Below the pieces are notes generated by a model. The model had not been told where the DNA came from and ran no database searches. It worked only from the letters and a program-made list of their open reading frames with translations. The translations under genes and the position numbers were made by a program. Of a DNA stretch of 64,000 nucleotides, positions 50,275-62,568 are shown in pieces (positions within the stretch are counted from its first letter, which is position 1; each line of letters begins with the position of its first letter). The stretch covers positions 63,986,001-64,050,000 of the forward strand of contig NC_045696.1 of assembly GCF_009834535.1 (NCBI RefSeq), in the 5' to 3' direction. Source of the stretch: Camelus ferus. Lineage: Eukaryota.

Positions 50275-52089
50275 CTGAAATGAAATCATTACTTGATGAA
50301 TTGAACTTAAGCTTCAACAAATAGGTCTTCAGACCTCCCAGACTCTCAAATCTCCCAGCACTAGTCCCGACCCACTGTTCTAAATCCACAGTTGAGGCCC
50401 ACATAGGGAGACCTGGGGTTGCAGTAAGATGGCAGTTCATAGCCCAGAGATCTCTATTCGATGTGCATTCAGAGGAAATCTATGGCTACAATAAGGTCCT
50501 GCTGGAAGGTACGTAAAAACATTGTGGACAAACTTGTTTAGCATCTAGGAGCCCGGAGTGAACCAGAAGTAGAAGTTGCATCTGAAATAGGAAAGTGTCA
50601 CTTTCTGCAGAAAATCAGGAGTACATTTCTTAACAACCTGTAAAATCTCAGACTTGTGCTTTGAGAGAGACAGATGGGTGTGTGTTCCTCCCTGCGCACA
50701 GAGAGAGCAGTAATCCACCACACAGAGTCTGGGTCATTCCCAGAAAAGGCCCAGGAAGCCAGCAGACAGTTCAAAGTGCATGCAGATTGGGCCTGGGCAC
50801 ATAGGACCCAGAGAAGAACTGATCCCAAGGAGGGTGGGGCTGGGGGAAGCATCAGCATACAGCCCCACATCACATCCCCAGACACTAAGTCCTCCTACGA
50901 CCAGGACATCGTAAGGGCCTCTCTCTCGAATCAGCGCTGCAATTTGGGGCCCTAAGAACAGCTGTGCCAAGTTCTGTTTCATTATCCAAAAGGAATCAAG
51001 TCACACAACCACTGAGAGAGAGAGAGAGAAACGACTGTTAAAACCTGCTTCCCTCTCTGATTAGTGTCCGTGTTTTTTTTTAAGACTCAGGATCTATTTT
51101 TCCTGTCTAATTATTTTCCTGTATTCTCTTTTGACATCTGAATAAACACAGAAGCTTGAAAACATAGCCAGCCTGCTTGGGAAATGTTCACCGCCATGTG
51201 GTTCTGCAGAACAATCAAGAAAAACCGAACATGAACCAAATTCTGCTTTTTAGGAATCATCCCATAAAAAGGGATTCCAAAACGAAAAATGGGCTTCCAA
51301 TTCTAATTAAAAGTTTCCTACAGTAATTTGCTCATAGTAGGATTTGAAGGCGGGAGTGGAAGGAACAGGGCAGTGAGAAAGGGGTACTTGACACAAGCAA
51401 TTCTTTATCGGTTGAAAGATGCCCAGAGATCCACGGTGTAACTCTGCAGTGGGGCTAGGGAAGAAGTGCCGTCCATTATTCATTGATTCAGAGAACCTAC
51501 TAGCACACACCCCAAGTCAGGAGGCAAGACGTCACACTCACAGAACATTTACAGGAAACACTGGAGCAGCCGCGCACTTAAGCGACAAGAGGTGCAGAAT
51601 GCAGGACTACAGCGCGGCTTGCAGTTAAGCACCCAGGGATCGAGACCCAGGATGGACAGGACACCGTCTTCTGTGGCCCAAGACCAGTCCCAGCTTCCCT
51701 GAACCTGAGTGTCCTCCTCTGTCCAAACAGAGCTTCGAGTGTTTGAGAAACTCTGAGGATCCTTCTCATTCCAACATTTAGGCAGGAAATAAAAAGATCT
51801 TGGGGAATCAGAGGCAAGGGCACTGGTCTGGAGTCTAAGAAATGCCTTTGAAAGTGAAACCAAGGTCCACGTGCCGGGCAGGGCCCCTGAGCTGAAGGGA
51901 GTCACTCCTCCCCAGGACACTGAGCTCACAGGTGAGGGGTTGCCTCCAAACACCGCTGGCTCCCTTTCAGTAACTTCTTAGGAATGACGGGAGTGCCAGA
52001 GTGTCAGGGAACCCCCAGATGACCTTGTGGGGCCAGCTCTCCCTCACACTTGCAGGGTCTGTTATTCTGGACAGGAAACAGACGGGAAC

Positions 52090-52300
52090 TAACGTGTTGA
52101 AACTGACTCTGTTCCAGGCACTTTGCACAGGGAATCTTCCCAAGGGTATCTCATTTGCTCCTCCCGGGGTTTCAAAAGTTGATTGGATTATCCCAGTTGT
52201 ACAGATGAAGTAATAAAAATTTAGAGAGGTTAAATCACCTGCCTAGTCACACAGCAAGTGGTGCCAAGGCCAGGATTCGAGTGTGGATTTAGCTGACCCC
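52090..52300 (-). mobile_element. MIR SINE
   Basis: attatcccagttgtacagatgaag...agagaggttaaatcacctgcctagtcacacagcaagtgg...caggattcga. Confidence 0.7.
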
Positions 52301-53284
52301 ACCACACTGCACTGATCCTGTTTTTATCCAGTCATCCCGATGCACGAACTCCTTGTTTTCCCTTAAGCCAAACCTAATGCCCTGACAGTTGGTGGCTGTA
52401 CCTCCAGCTTTGAGCCTCCACATCGGGGCTCAGCTCCCTGCCTGCCGCTTGCCCTGGGCCTCCTATTGGCTGCCTGCTGTCCTGGCCACCAATCATATGG
52501 GACCCTTGTTCACCGCCAAGATCAAAACGCACCAGCTTTAGGAGGTCTTCTCTGAATTTATATATATGAATGTATATATTGTACATTTTTCCAGTATGGA
52601 TTTGACAAAGCTTATAAAGATAGATGAGGTAGTAAAACCATAAAATACAAATACATTAGGGCTGCTTTTTCTGCATGACTCCGTTCACCTTAGAGCTGCC
52701 TTTCCCCGGCCTGCTGCACTTGTGTGTCAGCAGGCTTCAGAGAAGGCCGAGATGGAATCACTGACTTTTTTGAGGCTCCTCTGCCTCTTTGGGTTCCTTA
52801 GTAGCACGTAACCCTGGTCATTGAATATTCATATGCTCACTGAATGCCTGTTCTTCTGAAGAAAGAGCTCAGGACGGGCCCTTCAGTGGCCAGGTGTGTG
52901 CCTGGGGAACTCCTCTCTGCTCATTCCCCCCATGAGGGAAGAGACAGCCGTGAGCCACTCATTCTGCTCCTGGCCCCCTGGAAGGAACATGGTTTGTAGC
53001 CAAGGGATCAAACCAAACAAACTGATGACTGGTGATGTCATGTGTGCACACTGCTGTGTCGCCAATCACAGGCAGCATCTTGCTGTCCCCAGGCTACACC
53101 CTGCGCACCCAGGCATGGCTCAGTATGACATCAGAGGCTGGTCCCTCTGCAGTGAGTGCTCTTCCTGACATGTGACTCGCCACCCTAGGGCCTCAGTGCC
53201 TCACGGGGAATGCCAGAGAAGATGGGAAGATAGGCATACACACACCTGCTTCCAAAGTTCCCCTTCAGTCCACAGCAAACTTAC

Positions 53285-53340
53285 CTTATTTTAACAATTA
53301 CAGTCTGTCCGTAATCAGAATTGTTAAATGCCTTTTTAAA
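53285..53340 (-). CDS. MUC13: MUC13 exon 5 (SEA domain)
   Basis: tcctccacag| 56 nt |gtaagt, phase 0-2; FKKAFNNSDYGQTVIVKI. Confidence 0.93.
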
Positions 53341-56300
53341 CTGTGGAGGAAAAGAACAGATTTAATAACTACAAAGAGGGGGGAAATGTGATACTGTATC
53401 TATGTTTTAGCATAAGTCCATTTCTAAACTCATTTATACAAATAATACAGCAAATTATTTATTCTTTACATACGCTCTAACACCTTTCAGTAAGTTTTGC
53501 TTTGAAATAGTAAGATTCTGATATAATTCAGAGCTACCCAGGAAAAAGCAGGAAACCTAAAGCACTCAGTCAAATCAATGATCACTCTCTTAAAAATCAG
53601 CTGACTAACTTCAGTTTTGTCTTATCAAAGCCACGGTGAAGTTCTGCAAGTCTGTTACACTTACCTGTATGCAAACTTCATACACTCATCATTTATCCAG
53701 GAACACATAATTGCCTGCCTTCCCAGGGCGTCAGGCCAGGAACACGGAGATGACCAAGGTGGGCAGAACCAGCCTGAGAGCCAATGGGGGCTACACCATG
53801 AACTTGAGTGAGGGGAGCACCACAGAGAGTATGATCTACCCTGGGCGTTCAGAGAAAACTCCCTCCAGGCTGCAGAGAAGCAGAGCGAGCGGCACAAAGG
53901 AGAGCAGCCTTCCAGCACTTCAGCGGGTGGTGCGGGGCCAGGGCGCGGAGCGAGCGGCAGCCCGGGCCGGCCTTCAGAGGTGGCGGGGCTCAGAGCGGAG
54001 CGGGCTCAAGTGCCACCTTTCTCCCCCCGTCAGCTTTCTTTGAACCTCGCTGTCTGACTGGGAAGTGTGAGATAGCAGTAATTTCCACCACCCAAGGCCG
54101 CAGGTGTAGACGAGGAGGGGGAGTAAAGGATCGTGGCTTTGTGCGCTGGAAGGGGCTCCAGCACAGGTAGATCTTGCTAGGCTCGAGTTGTGTCCCAGGA
54201 GCAGAGACAACTCTAGAAATTTATACAGACGTGGCCAGAGGTAAAGCTGGGACTCTGGCAGGGGTGAGGGGATGGGTGTCCCAATTAGAACATAAGTTCT
54301 TTGATGACACAAATGAGATTCATTTTCTCTTTCTTAGGACACAACCCCCCTCCCGCCTGCTCACCCCTATCCTCGTCCCACAGCGCCCAGCACCAGGCAG
54401 ACCCCAGGAAATACCCACACCAGCTGACTGATGACTGAGGGAATTAAATGTGAAAGTCATGACCTTGGACGTGTCTTCTCCTTTTTGGGCCCCAGTCTCC
54501 ATGTTTATTACATGAGTGTTGAACTGGGTTGGTGCAACTGTTTTAGAATCCAAGAATTTTATTATTTTTCTCCCACGGGGGCCCTACATTTTAAAAGATC
54601 TTGGCAACCAATGTCACTTAGAAAGATGTTAGAACATTTCTCTTTCATTCTAGTCAAATCCAAATAAATTTGATGCTCTCCTTATTCTGGGCAGCCTTAT
54701 ATCTGGAATATGTCAGATTCCTTTTCAATTCTTTTAAATATTAGGAAGGGCTGGTATTTCTGTAAACCATCAGGGCCCCAGGTATCTACTTGAAAAAAGT
54801 TCACTGAATGACCTCCAAGTTTCCATCATCTCCCCTACTGACCACTGCCCATTTAATTTCCTTAATCTCAAAGAAGAGATTGCAAAATTAGCATCTGCCA
54901 TTGGAAAAGGGTTTCCATTTTTCCCTCTTCCAGGCCACCCTTTGAGGATTTGGGGATATGCACCTCTTCAGCGGAAGGGCTGCAAGGCTGGGCAGGAGGG
55001 CAGGAGTTATCCAACAGGCCTGCCGGCTTCCACTGCACAGCAGAGCCAGCAGGGAAGGAGAAGCAGCTCCGTGGTCAGGCAGGTCTGGGTTCACATCCCC
55101 CCACCCCGTCCTCACTCATCAGCTGGGCGACCTTCGGCCAGTTACTCAGCCTTCCTGATCCTTGACTGCCCACCTCACCTGCAGAACAGTTCCACAGCAC
55201 CGTCTCCCCCATGTGGCGATTTTGAGAACTAGAAATATTATGCATAAAATGCCAGGTACAGCAGCAGTAGGGAAACTTCAAAACCCTGTGCAGACTGTCC
55301 CTTTGAATCTATCTGGGGACAAAAAGGACCCTGGGAGACGTCTCAGGGCCTGAGCTGGCACTGCCCTGGCCATAGAGTCTGCTAAGTGGACCTGGAAGAA
55401 AGTAAATGTCTCTCTTTCCCCACCTCTAGTTGTTGCAAAGGAGTTTTGGTGCTTCCCTTTCAGATTGATAGCCTCTTAGAAATTACAAGAGTGCTCTAGC
55501 CCTTCCTGCTTCCCCAGGATCATTGAGACCTGCCTGAGATCAAGTCACTGAACTAGACTCTGAAGCCCGGGGCCTAGGCCTGTAGCCAGAGGGGGTTTTG
55601 GACACTCGTACTCAGAGCAAGTTGGGAAGTGCAGTGGCCACAGTGGCCAGAGATTGGTAAAGCCACACAAGACCATCAGGGGTTCCCTGGAAGCAGGAAC
55701 ACACTGGTGTTACTGTCCTCAATGTAGCACGTATCATGCAAGCGGGGATTTGGAATGTAGACCCAGGGTGAGAGGCTAAGTCCGGCCAGCTGGCCCCTGG
55801 TGCACAGGTGGTGCAGCAAAGGGGCAGGGCAAGCCCGGGGCACCCGGGCATTGCTCACAGTGCCTGGCACCGGCTGTTTGCTTGTAAGCACTCACTCTGT
55901 CTGTACCATCTGTAAATCATTTGGATAATAATTTTTCATGTTTAACAAATTCTAATAACAAAACTCTTTTGTAATGATATAATTTCAAATTGAAAGACAT
56001 TGACATAGAGTAAGATTTTAATTTTTAACATCTTACTAGAATTCTAAGATGTATTTACAAGCTAACATTTTCTTCTTCAAAACCAAACTTTGAGAAATAC
56101 TGGCTGGAGGCCCTAAGACCTTCCAGATCTGACAGCAGTTGGTCCAGAATGAAGATCTCCATCTCTCCATGTTGACATTCTTACTCACAGTAATCAAAAT
56201 GAAACGAAGCTATTGTTCATTTTGACATTTTTGAACATGGGAAAATGAAATAACGGATGTTAAGTCAGATGGAGTTCCTCTTCCAGATGTTAAAAAAGCC

Positions 56301-56716
56301 AGACAAGCACAGGAAAATGTGCAAATTTGATTGTAAAAAGAAAAATATCTTTAATTTTTTTTTCTCTTCAAGACTATGAAAATAATTTATTTTAAAGCAT
56401 CATTACATTTATCTGTCCATTTAAAAATATTTTAATAGCCTCTGTAAGAATGAGTATGGCATGGCCGCCAGGTGTAGGGGCAGGGGTGCGGGGACCAGGG
56501 CCCCAGAGGAGGAGCTGGGCAACCAGGAAGCAGTGACACCCGGGAACTGGGGACAGTTACTGTTTACCAGCCAATAAGGGTGCATTTCTCTGTTTGAACC
56601 ACTGGTACAGCCACACCCATGTGAACCACCTGAATGTCATTCTCTAGTTAGAGAGAGAATAGTCAGTGTTAGAATAAAGAATATCTGTATGGAAAAGACA
56701 GTTGGAAAATACTTAC

Positions 56717-56823
56717 AAATTCAGTAATTTCAAAATGTAATTTTTGATAGGCCACAGAATTTTCATCTTTCAAGTCCTCTATATTTGATGTTTTGAATGT
56801 AATTGTACCAGGGAATATCTTTC
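56717..56823 (-). CDS. MUC13: MUC13 exon 4 (SEA domain, N-terminal part)
   Basis: atttcag| 107 nt |gtaagt, phase 1-0; (G)KIFPGTITFKTSNIEDLKDENSVAYQKLHFEITEF. Confidence 0.94.
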
Positions 56824-58012
56824 CTGAAATTCAAGCAGAATATTTCTGTGATACTTAATGTAAAAAGGGCCATTTCCATTTTGTTTAAAACATAGATTAT
56901 TGTAAAAAAATTCTAAACTTATGAAGATACTACTGGAAGTATGGGAATACGAAAAACATTACCCCCTATTTCTCCCAGCTCTGTTTTTTTTCTGTGCCTG
57001 GTTTACATCGTTATAGCTCCAATATATATCATGAGTCTTCTTTACTTATTATTACATAATAAACATTTTTCCAAATTATTACTTAGGCTTTGTAACTATC
57101 ATTCTAAATGCTATATAGTATTCTATGAAATACATGTTCCCTCCATTGATTTTTTTTAGTGCTTTTAATTATTTAAAAGGGAAAAAAAGCTTGCAGTGAA
57201 CGTCTTCATACACAGAGCTTTCTATTTTGGAGGTCATTTACTTAGAGTGCACCCTCAGAAATGAGATTATTAGTGCTTAAGATAGGACATCCTTCTGCGT
57301 TTTGGTATATCTCTAATCCCTGTGGCCAGTACAGTTCATTCATGTCCTATAGAGTTGGTCTGCTCTGGGAAGGAAGGGTATTTCTCATTCAGAAAACAGA
57401 TCCACATTTATAAATCAGTAAACAGCCTTGGACTTTCATAGCAGTCAGCTGGTCTAACCAAAAAAGTGTAGTGCTGATTTGCTCCTAAAGTCCGTTTCCA
57501 GAGCTGAGAAGCTCTTAAGTCTCCAAAAATAGGGTTTGGTGTTTGGAAGAAGCAAATCCTATGACAACACAGAACAGGACCAAGGTCAGAGCTGAAGTAG
57601 ACCGGCTTGTCTGGCTGAGTGGTTTTAGGCATACGGCCTTATTCTGTATCAGAGGAGCCACGGAGCAGCACCACCCTGTGTTTATGCAGCCTTTGTACTT
57701 TGTCAGGGACTTCAGCACCTCTCATTCTCATTTTGACCCCATGGCACCTTTCCTTGAACTGGTGAGGTGAAGGGACACATGCACTCCTGTACCTTCAGGA
57801 CTAGCTCCCAGGTCTGACTCGGTCCATTTCCTCTCCCACTAGGTCCCAGTGAGATAAAGACAGGTGCCTCTTCTCTACTTGGTGGGGCTTTGTGGCCTCC
57901 AAATTTGCCTCTACCTTTAGAATTCTGGAGGCTCTTTTCACCATCATCTTAAGTTTTCTATTCCATTTAGGTCTGAGGTGCAGGTCTACATGGTTCATCC
58001 CTTGTCACTCAC

Positions 58013-58135
58013 CTTTACTGCATGTGGAAGAGTTATAGTATTGCCCTTCTGGACACAGGCAGAAAAATGTATCATTCAGACTCACACACGAAGAACCACC
58101 CTTACAGGAATCCTCTTGGCAAGGGTTGGTGGGAC
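58013..58135 (-). CDS. MUC13: MUC13 exon 3 (EGF-like 1)
   Basis: ccattgcag| 123 nt |gtgagt, phase 1-1; (G)PTNPCQEDSCKGGSSCVSLNDTFFCLCPEGQYYNSSTCSK with six Cys. Confidence 0.95.
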
Positions 58136-59059
58136 CTGCAATGGAGTAGAAAGAGATTAAAAATCCATAGATTGACAACAAATAACACCCAGAAACATAC
58201 TTTTAAACCTTCATGCCTCCCTCCCAGGCACTTTCTGTTCGTTAGCTGTGTTATTCCATGGTACCCTCTTAGAACAGCTAGAAACAAATACATATTTTCT
58301 TACGTCTCTAGGAAGTTTGTTGCTAAAATTCTGGAGCCAAGCGCTTGTCAACAGTAAAGGTCAGAGTTTGGTGGGTAAGAGTCTGCTCAGAGAGGGATAG
58401 CAGTCTTCTAACTGCAAGGAGTACGGAAATATGTTGGACCTCAAGGATCCTCCAGAACCTTGACGTCTGGTCCTCCAACACTAGGTAGGGCTCCCACAAC
58501 CATTTTAGAGAAAGCATCATATTTTTCAGGAAGATGTGAATAGCTCAATTACAGGGAAGACCAGGCAGGACGCTCCAAAAAGAAGCTATTCTATTCTGGT
58601 TAGCATCATGGCATACAAACCCAGGAAGAAAGGAAAGGGATAGTAAGGGAACAATGTGGATTAACTCAGTGAACATTCCAAGAGCAAGCAATGCGGGGAC
58701 ACTCCACCCTCTCGCTTTCTGAGTGGATGACCTGAATAAATGGTGAGAAGAATGTTACAGTGGTCTCTGCACCACTGGCCAGGACTCCAAGACAAGGCCA
58801 GGTGCAGCATCCTTCCTATCTCTGTAGAACTGATGGGACCCGAGAAGGGAAGATAGGTCACTGGCCAAACGGTGGTCTTGGCTAGCCACTTTCTTCATCT
58901 CTGTCCACTGAAATGATTCTGAGCTTTGATTTCAGAATAGATCATGTGACTGACAACCTTCAGAGCTGTCTTAAGATTCACATGATCCTATAGGTGAAAA
59001 TCACTGCTCTTAAGAAAAAGCTGTGTATAAGCTACAATGTGTACAACATGGTCTCTTTT

Positions 59060-59826
59060 CTTATTGAAGTACAGTTGATTTACAATATTATAATTTCAAA
59101 TGTACACTACAGTGATTCAGGATTTTTGTAGATTATACTACATTATAAGTTATTATAAGATAATGGCTATAATTCCCTATGCTATATCATATATCCTAGT
59201 TGCTTATCTATTTTATAGATAGTAGTTTGCATCTGATAATCCCATACCCCTAATTTGTCCGTCTCCCTTTTGTTAACCACAAGTTTGTTTTCTATATCTG
59301 TGAGTTTGTTTTTGTTTTGTATATGCATCATTTGCATTATTTTTTAGATTCCACATATAAGTGATATCATACAGCAGTTGTCTTTCTGTGTCTGACTTAT
59401 TTCATTTAATATAATGCCCTCCAAGTCCATCGACATTGCTGCAAATGGCAGAATTTCATTCTTTTTATGGCTGAGTAATATTCCATTGTGTATGTGTATA
59501 TATATAAAATATATAATGTATATGTACAATACATAATGTATCTATATCATGCATTTTATAAATATATATATGTGTGTATGTGTGTGTATATATCTCTCTC
59601 TCACATCTTTATCCAATCAGCTGTTGATGGGCACTTGGGTTGCTTCCATGTCTTGGCTGTTGTAAATAATGCAGCTATGAATATTGGGGTCCTTGCATCT
59701 TTTTGAATAAGTGTTTTTGTTTTTTCCAGCTATATACCCAGGAGGGGAATTGCTGGATCATATGGTAAAACTAAAAACAGAACAACTATATGATTCAGCA
59801 ATTCCACTCCTGGGCATGTATCTAGA
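59060..59826 (-). mobile_element. LINE-1 3' end with a short inverted 5' piece
   Basis: Antisense L1 3' UTR and ORF2 end (ORF 59344..59529); fold-back at 59731-59820. Confidence 0.88.
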
Positions 59827-60094
59827 AATAACATGCTTTGTTTTATGATAAAGGAGGGGACTACATACAAACATACAAGTGTATATGTTTGTATTTGCCC
59901 AAACACAAGCAGCTGGCCACAGAAGCTGCCTCTGGGGAAAGAAACTGGGGTCCTGTATCCTAGGGGTTTAAGATGGGAAGGAGATTTAATTTTTACTGCA
60001 TATACTTTTATTCTTTTACTTTAATTAAATTTAAGCTTCTTTTTCCATAACTCTGGACCTAATGTAGTTTTATTTTAAAATGAAAAATAAAATA

Positions 60095-60912
60095 GTGCTG
60101 GTGAGGAACTCTTATATTGGCAGGAATGTTAAATGGTACAGCCACTTTGGAAGATAGGTTGGCAGTTTCTTACCAAACTAGATGTACTCTTACCATGTGA
60201 CCCAGCAAGTGCCGACCTTAGTACTCACCCAAGGTAAATACTAAATATTAACTTTGTATTTACCACAACTCACATCCGCTCATAAACCTGTACACTGATA
60301 GCAGTTTTATTCAAAATCACCACAACTTGGAAGCAACCAAGATGTCCATTAGTAGGTGAGTGGATAAACAAACTGTGGTACAGCCACACAATGGAAAATT
60401 ATTCAGTGTTCAGTCTCGAAAAGACATAGCGAAATGTTAAATGCATATTATTCAGTGAAAGAAGCCAATCTGAAAAGGCCACATACTGTGTGACTCCAAC
60501 TACATGACACTCTGAAAAAGGAAAAACTATGGCAACAGTAAAAAAGGCCAGTGATTGCCAGGGGTTAGCTGGAAGGGAGCGGTGAATAGGCAGAGCACAG
60601 GGGATTGTTAGGAAAGTCTTTATGAACATAGCCTTTATGAAACCATAATGATGGATACACATCTTCTACATTCATCCAAACCTATAGAATATACAACACC
60701 AGCAGTAAACCCTCATGTGAACTGGACTTGGGGCGACTATGATGTGTCAGTGCAGATTCATCAGTTGTCACAACTATACCCTCTGGTGAGGGATGTTAAT
60801 AACGAGGGAGGCTATGCAGGCATAGGAGCAAGGAATACAGGAAATCTCTGTACCTTCCTCTCAATTCAGCTGTGAGTCTAAAACTGCTCTAAAAAGTAAA
60901 GTCTATCTAAAA
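60095..60912 (+). mobile_element. Older LINE-1 (L1MB/L1MC-type) 3' fragment
   Basis: aaatggtacagccactttggaaga...ttggaagcaaccaagatgtcc...gaaagaagccaatctgaaaagg...aaaactgctctaaaaagtaaagtct. Confidence 0.8.
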
Positions 60913-61690
60913 AGAATTTTTTTAAGAGTGAAGAAAAACCAGGCTCCATGCAACACAGGAGGCATAATGCAGTGTCTCATAAACAATGTAAGGCTCTCCC
61001 CTCCAACCAGGTGTAAATCAATATTCTAAGGAAAGTAAATAGCTTTTTAAATAAGCCTCAGCCATGCTGCAAGGATAATTTGGAAAATCCTAGGGAAGAA
61101 ACTGAGTGCAGCTCCCTTCTGGACACACTGGACAGACAACTCCCTGCATGCTTTCTTCCTGGCAATAAAGGACAGACTTGTTAGCTCTTCTGTGTCTGGG
61201 AATAAAGTGACATGATGTTACAGTGTGAAAGGGATTTGGGAGGCTATTTAGTTCAATCACACCTGATTACACATGAGCAAGTAGAGGCCAAGAGAGAAAT
61301 GATTCGCCCTGCACCCCACAGTAGTGAGTGTAGGGCCAGAACACAGATTGCCTTACTCGGGGGGGGGGGGGGGCGGGGCGGCAGAAATGGCGTAGAAAAG
61401 CTGCTTTTCCTGATCATGGGATTTGTGTAGCTGCCTTCAGAGTGGCTCCTCCCGTCATGAAAGAAGACTGGGAATCCGGTTGTGACACATGCTCTGCCTC
61501 CATTTGCTTAATCATCCATATCTTAGATCTATCCAAGAACATTAGGGAAGCCAAAGAAGTAAGCGTAGGGAGACATCAATTGTTTTTTGACTTTGGGCAA
61601 CTTGCCGCCCTCACTGGGCCTCAGTTTCCCTTTCTGAGAATAACAGTTTATCTAGACCCTTTACGCAAAGGTTTGAGGATTCTTTTAGAC

Positions 61691-61915
61691 CAGGGGCTGG
61701 CAAACTCTCACTCAGGAGCCAATAGTGGCCAGTCTTCTGTTTTTCTTCTAAAGTTTTATTGGTACACAGTCAGGCACGTTCATTTATATATTGTCTACAG
61801 CTGCTTTGATATTAAAATGGTAGAGCTTAGTGGCTGTAACAGAGACCTCATTGTGGCCCACAAAACCTAAAATATTTACTAGTTTGCCTTCACTGATAAA
61901 ACTTGCTGACCCTTG
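61691..61915. mobile_element. MER58-like hAT-Charlie DNA transposon
   Basis: Terminal inverted repeats caggggctggcaaact...cttgctgacccttg; flanks ttttagac and ctctagac resemble an 8-bp hAT TSD. Confidence 0.8.
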
Positions 61916-62568
61916 CTCTAGACCAAGTTTTGGGAAATGAGGCAAGTGGTTTCTGTTTCAGTAACTTTGGCTTGAGGTCAATTGTCCTCTCTTAGTACCC
62001 CCAAACACCCATCCTCTGGACCATGGCTCTGCTCACGTCTAGGACGAGGACTGAGCCCTGCTGTGGTTTGGCTTTTTATCCCTCAAATTCCAAATTGCGA
62101 TCAGCTACTTTTGCAATGTCATATTTCTCAATAGCACTTGGTCAGGAACCGGGGTAGCACTGACTCCTTCCTTCAGGAGACCAGGGATCTAGACCAGTGG
62201 GGCTGGAGAGTCAGTGCTTATTAGGACCTGACCTTCTCAGAGAAGCTGAAACTATTTCGAAAAATCTCCTAGGAAGACAGAAGCTGGAAAAGCAGCTTTT
62301 CTGAAGTCCAAGTTGATAAAAATATTCCCCATCTGGCAAATTGCTGGAGGAAAGGAAAACAGAATAGAACTACAGGCAACCTTGTAGCATCTCTGCCATC
62401 GCTCTTAGTCTTTGTGACTGCAGACTTTTTAACTCTAGAGTTTCGTATCCAAGGAAACCGTGAGTCACTTCACAAACACTTCCCTACTACAGGAGAACAC
62501 ACTTACCTACCATCCATCACAGTGCTGTGACTCCTCACTGAGGAGTCTTTCCTGGAATTGCTCTTAAC

